From: the human T2T-CHM13v2.0 reference genome, Homo sapiens
DNA length: 64,000 nt
Assembly (NCBI RefSeq): GCF_009914755.1
Contig: NC_060931.1
Reading direction: 5' to 3' (one strand)
The notes beneath the pieces were generated by a model. It did no database searches, was not told where the DNA came from, and saw only the letters and a list, made by a program, of their open reading frames with translations. Positions within the stretch are counted from its first letter, which is position 1, and every line of letters begins with the position of its first letter. Positions 57,496 to 64,000 of this stretch are shown here, piece by piece. The position numbers were made by a program, and so were the translations under genes.

Positions 57496-57999
57496 ATGGA
57501 GCTAGTTTTCAAGCTTTCTTCTTAATGGTGACCTGAGCCTCTCAGTCCAACATGAGGACTCTCCACTCATGACTCTTTGGATGGAACTCCTCCACAAAGC
57601 TAACATTTTTGTCTGAATCAGTTCTCTCTAGATAACATCATGGGCCATTACAGTCCACACCAGATCTAGTACATAAACTTATCCTAGATTAATGATTTTA
57701 CAAGTGAGTAGAAGTGTTTGCTGAATATCCTTAAGCTCAAGGCCATTCCATGTCTATGTTTGACTTTCCCACATAAGTATACTCGGACACAGGTAAGAGA
57801 AGTCATCATGGCCCAGAGAAAGAAAAGGACATTCTGGCAAACTAGTAGAACAGATAGGGTTATTACCTATCCACTATATAGGGTTGCATTAATAATGTAT
57901 GTTATTAGAGATAGGATTATTACCCCAGTGGCAGAGACATTACCCACAAAACAGGAAATGAGAAGGAACAAACCTTACTGACCTGCCACAAAACTTCCT

Positions 58000-58410
58000 A
58001 ACTGACCTTCACATCTACCCTCGCTTCCCTCTGTCTACTCTGTTCTCCCCATAGCAGCCTGCGTGATCCTTTAAAACACAGACTAGATCAGGTCTCTCCC
58101 CGGATTAAAACCTTTCTCTCTGCCATTTGGTTAAAGTCCTGAGACCTGTGAGGCTCTGCATGATTTCTAGAAATACCTTTCTCTAATGTCATCTTGTGTC
58201 ACTCCTCTGCTCAGTGACACTGACATCCTTTGTGCTCCTGTAATGGCACGCTGCTCCATCTCTCAGAGTGCTCATTGTGATTCCCACCATGCTGTGCCTA
58301 GTTAGCACCAGATACCAGTTAATGATTACTCCTATAGATGCTTCCCATAACCTCACAGACATATCCATGTTCAGGTTCCCTGCCAGGGGCTTTCCAGATA
58401 TTACAGTAAA
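58000..58410 (+). mobile_element. L2 fragment
   Basis: 'tagcagcctgcgtgatcctttaaaaca..gatcaggtc..ttaaaacc'. Confidence 0.55.
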
Positions 58411-58727
58411 TGCTGCAGTGCGCTGCCCGGACTCCCATTCAGAACCAAGATGCTAATTACCCCCAAATTGCTCCCAATCAAAGAGAAACACCTTCCCCAA
58501 GATTATAGCCCTTCCTCTAAGGTAGCCTGCATCCAATGGCCTATGGATGCAGAAGTATAATGCCCAGGCCCCAAGTTTCTGTTCAGGACAACTCTGGGCA
58601 CAATTCAGGACAACTCTGGAAAGCCGTCCTAGCTCAGAGCTCCCCGTAGGATTTAAGCCTCTGTTGTGACCTCATCACAGGTCTGTCCAAACATCTTCTC
58701 CCTCATCACTCCCAGATCTAAGACAAC
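58411..58727 (+). mobile_element. LTR16A-like LTR remnant
   Basis: 'gcctgcatccaatg', 'ggacaactctgga..cagagctccccgtaggatt' and terminal 'ctaagaca'. Confidence 0.55.
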
Positions 58728-58764
58728 CACGTAGTTTCTTGCTCAAAACAACTCACTATTTTGT

Positions 58765-58766
<2 letters not shown>

Positions 58767-58800
<34 letters not shown>
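58767..58800. repeat. (GT)n microsatellite
   Basis: ~17 perfect GT units. Confidence 0.95.
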
Positions 58801-58802
<2 letters not shown>

Positions 58803-60442
58803 ACCTGGTTTTATAGCGTATGGTAACATCGGTCTTCATCAAATATGCTCCATAGTGGGGAGACCATGTCCACTCTGTTTACTGCTGTATCTTCAGTACA
58901 TTGTCTAAAAAATAACAGTTATTCAAAAACAATTCTTATTAAAGTTTGTTTTTTTAATTTACAGTGAGATTGAGTTCTTTTCATGTTTAAAAAATCATTT
59001 GCAGTTTTCTTTAATGAATGTACAGGTTTGTAAGAGAACATTTTGCATAAATCAAACAAATCTTTATTTCATGTTTCTGTTTTTATGTTTTGTTTCTATC
59101 TTGCATAAATATTTCATCCTTAGGCAGTTACACTTAACAGTCTTTTAGACTCCCGGGATCCGTGTTTTCCTTTGAAAAGCCTATGTTCATACTCCAAGGA
59201 AATTAAAAACAAACCAAAAAATCCCATTTTTTACTTTTTACATTTAAGTCTGTTTGAGCCATCGGGAATTTATTATTTTTTGGAAGCATAAGGTATAGAT
59301 CCAGGGTTTTGGTTTTTCCAGATATTCTGTGAATGTAATACATATTTCTAGGACAAAGGGAAGGTGGTGACAAGGAAGGGAGAAGAGAGAGAGAGCCCCC
59401 AAAAAACAAACTTAGAGGCCTGCCATGGCAAAAAAAAAATACCTCCTCCTCTATCTGGGTTGGGACACAGAGGGCATCCATATTTGGATGTGGAGAAACA
59501 AGAGATTAGAATGACTATGATATTAATAAGGGCCAAAGAATATCAGCAATGGAAAGATAATGTTTTCCAACACTTCGTTTTACATATTGTAAGCCTGAAA
59601 CTCAGAAATCGAGTGACTTGTTAAGGTCATGCTGCAGTTTACTAGCTGAGTTGACATGAGTGACCGGGAACTCCTAGACCACCCTTCTACAGGAGGCAGT
59701 CAGCTGTTGTCAGCAGGGAATGAAGCACCAGTAGGTTGAGTGGAGTGACCTTCAAGAATCCTGGCAACCCTGAGATTCTGAGACTCACAAATGTGCTTTT
59801 GAAGATCAGCAGTCTTATAATCAAAGACAGATGCTTTAAGGTGAATAAGTTACATACTGGAACACAGTAAAAGCTCAATAAATACCTCAGCAATGAGTGT
59901 GGCATGTCCTTATCAATAATGATAAGTAAATGTGCCTCTGGACATGATGAAGAGGATCCATGAGCGTAAGTGTGCAGTTTATGACAACGTCAGTGTCTGG
60001 GATGGTTGCTGGAGTGCCAGGGAGACACAGCCCCTTGGGACTGAGCAGTGGAGAAAGGGGGAAGGGGACCTCACAGCTGGGGATCCTGAAGCTTCAGACT
60101 CTCCTCCATCCTGTAACACTGGGATAGTGAGGCCAGACAGCAGGAAAGGGCTGGAGAAGAGCATTGCTAAACAAACTTAGCTTGCTCTTGTCAGCTTACT
60201 AACATCTACCATGCTCTTCTATACCCCAAGACGACCTGTACTAGTGTGTTACATAACATGTTTTATTTAATTCTGAAATTAACCTTATGAGGGAGGCATT
60301 ACTATCCCCATAATATTGGGGATTTTTTATTGAATAAAATTCCAGATTTTTATCTGCGTTACATTTACTTAATGAATGCTTAGTCAACAACTACTATGTA
60401 AATGTTACATTTCAAACCCAGGTCGAACTCCAAAGCCCCCCA

Positions 60443-60443
<1 letters not shown>

Positions 60444-60487
<44 letters not shown>
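60444..60487. repeat. (CA)n microsatellite
   Basis: ~22 perfect CA units. Confidence 0.95.
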
Positions 60488-60488
<1 letters not shown>

Positions 60489-61381
60489 CTGAGGTGCTGG
60501 ACCCAGTTCTCATCTGCCTCTTGTTGCTGTCTGACTGTACCCATTGTTAGTTTAAGCATCAGCGTTGTACAACCCAAAGGACTCCTGGCTTTCCCTTGTT
60601 CCCACAAGGAGCACCCTGCTGGAGTCTAAAGTTTCCCATTTGGCCCAGCTCATTTCTTAAAATCAGCAAGACCCAAAGGTTTCAAAACAGAGTGGGTGAA
60701 CAGCACCATCATCCCTGGGAGCAAAGAACAGCAAGAGAATCATTCTCATTGGATTTCCCTGCCACCTCCATGCTATCTCCAGCCTGACATCAGTCATGGA
60801 TACTGCTGCCCTGGGCTGTATAGGGAGAAACAGTAAGTCTCTTCATCACAGACTCAATGAAAGTTGCTGACAGATTCTAACTTGTGGAGTCACTTGCAAA
60901 GCAGGGCCAGGGTTGCTTGCCCCATTCCCAAGGGGCTTATGTCTCCGTGTCAAAATCTGGGTACCACAGTCAGGAAGCCGCCGAAGTAAATGACCTAATA
61001 AGAAAAGCTCGCCATGCTGGACTTATGAATTAAGATGCATTGGCTGGGTCTGGAGAATGAATGAGTTATAAGGATTCGGTTTCGGTTAGTCAAGATGAGT
61101 TTAGACTTGGCATTAAGATTAGTGAGAGGGTTGCATGCTTACTGCTTAGGGAGATAGATCCACTTCTGTGATTAGATGTCATTGCTGATGGCCAGGATAC
61201 AGTTCTAGGAAATACCTGTGGTTCCAGAGAGACAGCTAACATGTGTCTTCTCAGGGCTTCATTTGTGTGCTCTCATTTCTGATTTTATTTACTACTTATG
61301 GATCTCTAAAGGTATTCATTCAGTTAACTATAATTAAAGTGTGCAGCCAGCACACTGCTGGACCCATACATAGATGCATCA

Positions 61382-61416
<35 letters not shown>

Positions 61417-61420
61417 CACA
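61382..61420. repeat. (CA)n microsatellite
   Basis: CA run with one CG interruption. Confidence 0.95.
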
Positions 61421-62449
61421 AACCCATCACCTTCACGTTAAAGAAGTGTGGTTGGCGGTTGGGTTAGAAGGGGAGATGATGAGAATGAAGTTTCCATGCC
61501 AATAACAACAGCGGAAACTGCTGTTATTGAACTCTTCCTATGTGGCAGCCATAATCCAATTTGATGCTCACGCTAGCTCTACTATTTTTTATCTTACATC
61601 TGGGGAAAATTCCACTCCAAGAGGATTAGTATCAGCCCAAGGTCATACAACTGGCAATTCACAGGGCCAGGATATAAACCTAGACGGTCCAAGGTCTGTG
61701 CCGTCAGCCCCCATACAAGAGTGAGTCATGTCAGGGAAGGGTGGTCCACTAGGATAGTCACAGCATTTTAAGAAGCAGAGCTAGAAGTCCAGTGCAATCC
61801 ACATACCACACACATCTTTCAGGGACTGTCAGAGCAGCAGCATCCAATGGGTCTTGCCTGGATTCCAGAGCTTGAATCTAAATATCTTGATTCCCTTTCT
61901 GCCTTCAGCCATTGTAAACATGTAGCAGATGGTCACCCCAAAGGGATCTTATTGTCTCTCTGTTCTGGCTCCCCTTGCTTCCTGAATTGAATGGCTTTGC
62001 TGCTGCTGCTGAAAGCTGGAAATATGTGGCTGAGTGAGAGTTCTCAGCAGAGGGGCATCTAGAAAGCCTCACAGGGGTGCTTTAGACTGGCTTCTGTGCT
62101 CAGCCTCTGGCCATGCTCAGTCCCGTGTCCTGCCTGCCTTTCCTCCCTCCTTCTGCTCACAATTTCTGCTTTTCTTTGTCACTTCTGCTGCTTCTCTTGG
62201 GTTACCTTTTATTCCTTCTAGCTTTCTGTCTGCATTCCTGGGCCTCCTGTGTCTCTCTGTCTCTCACTTTCTCTCCATTACTGCTTTTCTAACACCTCGC
62301 CTCTCTGGTTTTGTGTTTCTCGCATCCACACTGGCTCTCTCCTGTGAACCTTGGCCTTTCTTTATCTCTGACCACAAAGGTACATAGGGCTTAACACAGA
62401 AACGATGAAAGGAAACTTAAGGGATTAGAATGTAACACTAACAACATCT

Positions 62450-62845
62450 GCTACAGCAAGGTCACGCTGAAGTCACCAATAACTCAAATCTTTCAACGGC
62501 TTTTAACAACTATGTTTGTTTCTCACTCATGCCATGCGCCCATCACTAGCCAGGAAGTAGACTCTGCTCATTATTATACTGTAGGGACTGGAGCAGTAGA
62601 AAGCTCCCTTTAAACACATTCTTCCATGATCTCAGATGTGGAGAAAAAGGGAATGTGACTCAAATGCCAACCCTTAAAGCTCTTGCTATGAAGTGACTCT
62701 CATTACTTCTACCCATATCTCACTGGCTGAAGAAAATCACTCGACCACTCCTGAATTAATGGAGCAAAAATATGTGATATTCCCACTGGGAGGGTCACCT
62801 CCAGGAAGGACAACAAATATGAGTGAACAATTATTTGTCCATTAT
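62450..62845. mobile_element. Old MaLR (MLT1-like) LTR remnant
   Basis: 'caaatctttcaacggcttttaacaac..tttctcactcatgc' and 'cacttctacccatatctcactggc'-like motifs. Confidence 0.45.
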
Positions 62846-63424
62846 AAACGTCTGGGTTTCTGTTTGTTTGTTTGTTTTACTTATTCTCTTCCTCATGAAT
62901 TTTGGGTTTAGCTTATCAAATAATGTAAGTAATTTCAGTTTCACAGTTTCTGTCACTGCTGAGCTACAGAATATCTGAAACAGTCATAGCATTACTATTC
63001 TTGGCATGATATAGAGGGAAAGGACAGTGTGTGAAGTGGGTGAAATCAGAGCTTCGGTCTCAGGCCCCAACATGTGATGACTGAGAAACACTGACATTTA
63101 CTTAAGCTCTGTGAGATTCTACATTGTTATCTAAAAACTGAATATAATAATTCTCCCTCACAGGTTAACTCCAGAATAAATCTGTAGTCATTACATGTGA
63201 TTTTTTTCTCCTATGTCTCTCATATTCTTCTCATTCAATCAGCAAGATATCTTTTATATAATCAATATAAATCAATAAGCAATGTAATGATATACAAGTT
63301 TGGATTATGTTTAGGTTGGTGAGACAAAATGACATAAAAATTAAGAGCAGAGTCTTTGGGATCAGATCTGATTCAAATTCAAACTCTACCATGCAGTAGC
63401 TGGTGTTAGTAGCTACTATCAATG

Positions 63425-63755
<331 letters not shown>

Positions 63756-64000
63756 TGAAAGCCATTCCAGCCAGGTGCAGGAGACATCCCTATTTGTCAT
63801 TTGTCTACCATTGCAGCCCATATCATTCACGATTTATTTGCCTTGCTCCACCCCTTCCTTACTCTGAAAAATTAGAATATTAATAGAAAACAGGTTTTAG
63901 GATCAGTTTTTATATCACACAAACATTTACTAATGCTTTGAGCTCAGATATGTAGGAATATTTATGTAAAGAAAAACATAAGTTGTATAACCCTTACCAA

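Overview
Primate, almost certainly human, genomic DNA. About half or more of it is transposon-derived: L1 of several ages, about 11 Alus, MaLR/ERVL/ERV1 LTR elements, Tigger3, MER2, MIR and L2. The only protein-coding gene I can support is a single-exon class II olfactory receptor on the minus strand (45613-46545, 310 aa), which I recognise as OR9A2 (human 7q34). The main finding is that this apparently intact ORF hides two compensating frameshifts. The canonical ECL1/TM3 peptide LPGMQTVSFSTCIAQLFL, including the invariant Cys3.25, sits in a shifted frame, and two further conserved cysteines are substituted, so the gene may be a cryptic pseudogene. Other notable items: a predicted OR promoter and non-coding first exon with O/E and homeodomain sites, a strong CTCF site, a minisatellite with higher-order structure, a ~185-bp-arm inverted duplication, a micro-triplication with an inverted middle copy, a near-pristine AluYc1-like insertion, and L1 deletions with microhomology at the junctions. 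All other ORFs in the supplied track are repeat-derived or chance. Repeat subfamily calls and many boundaries are by eye and approximate.
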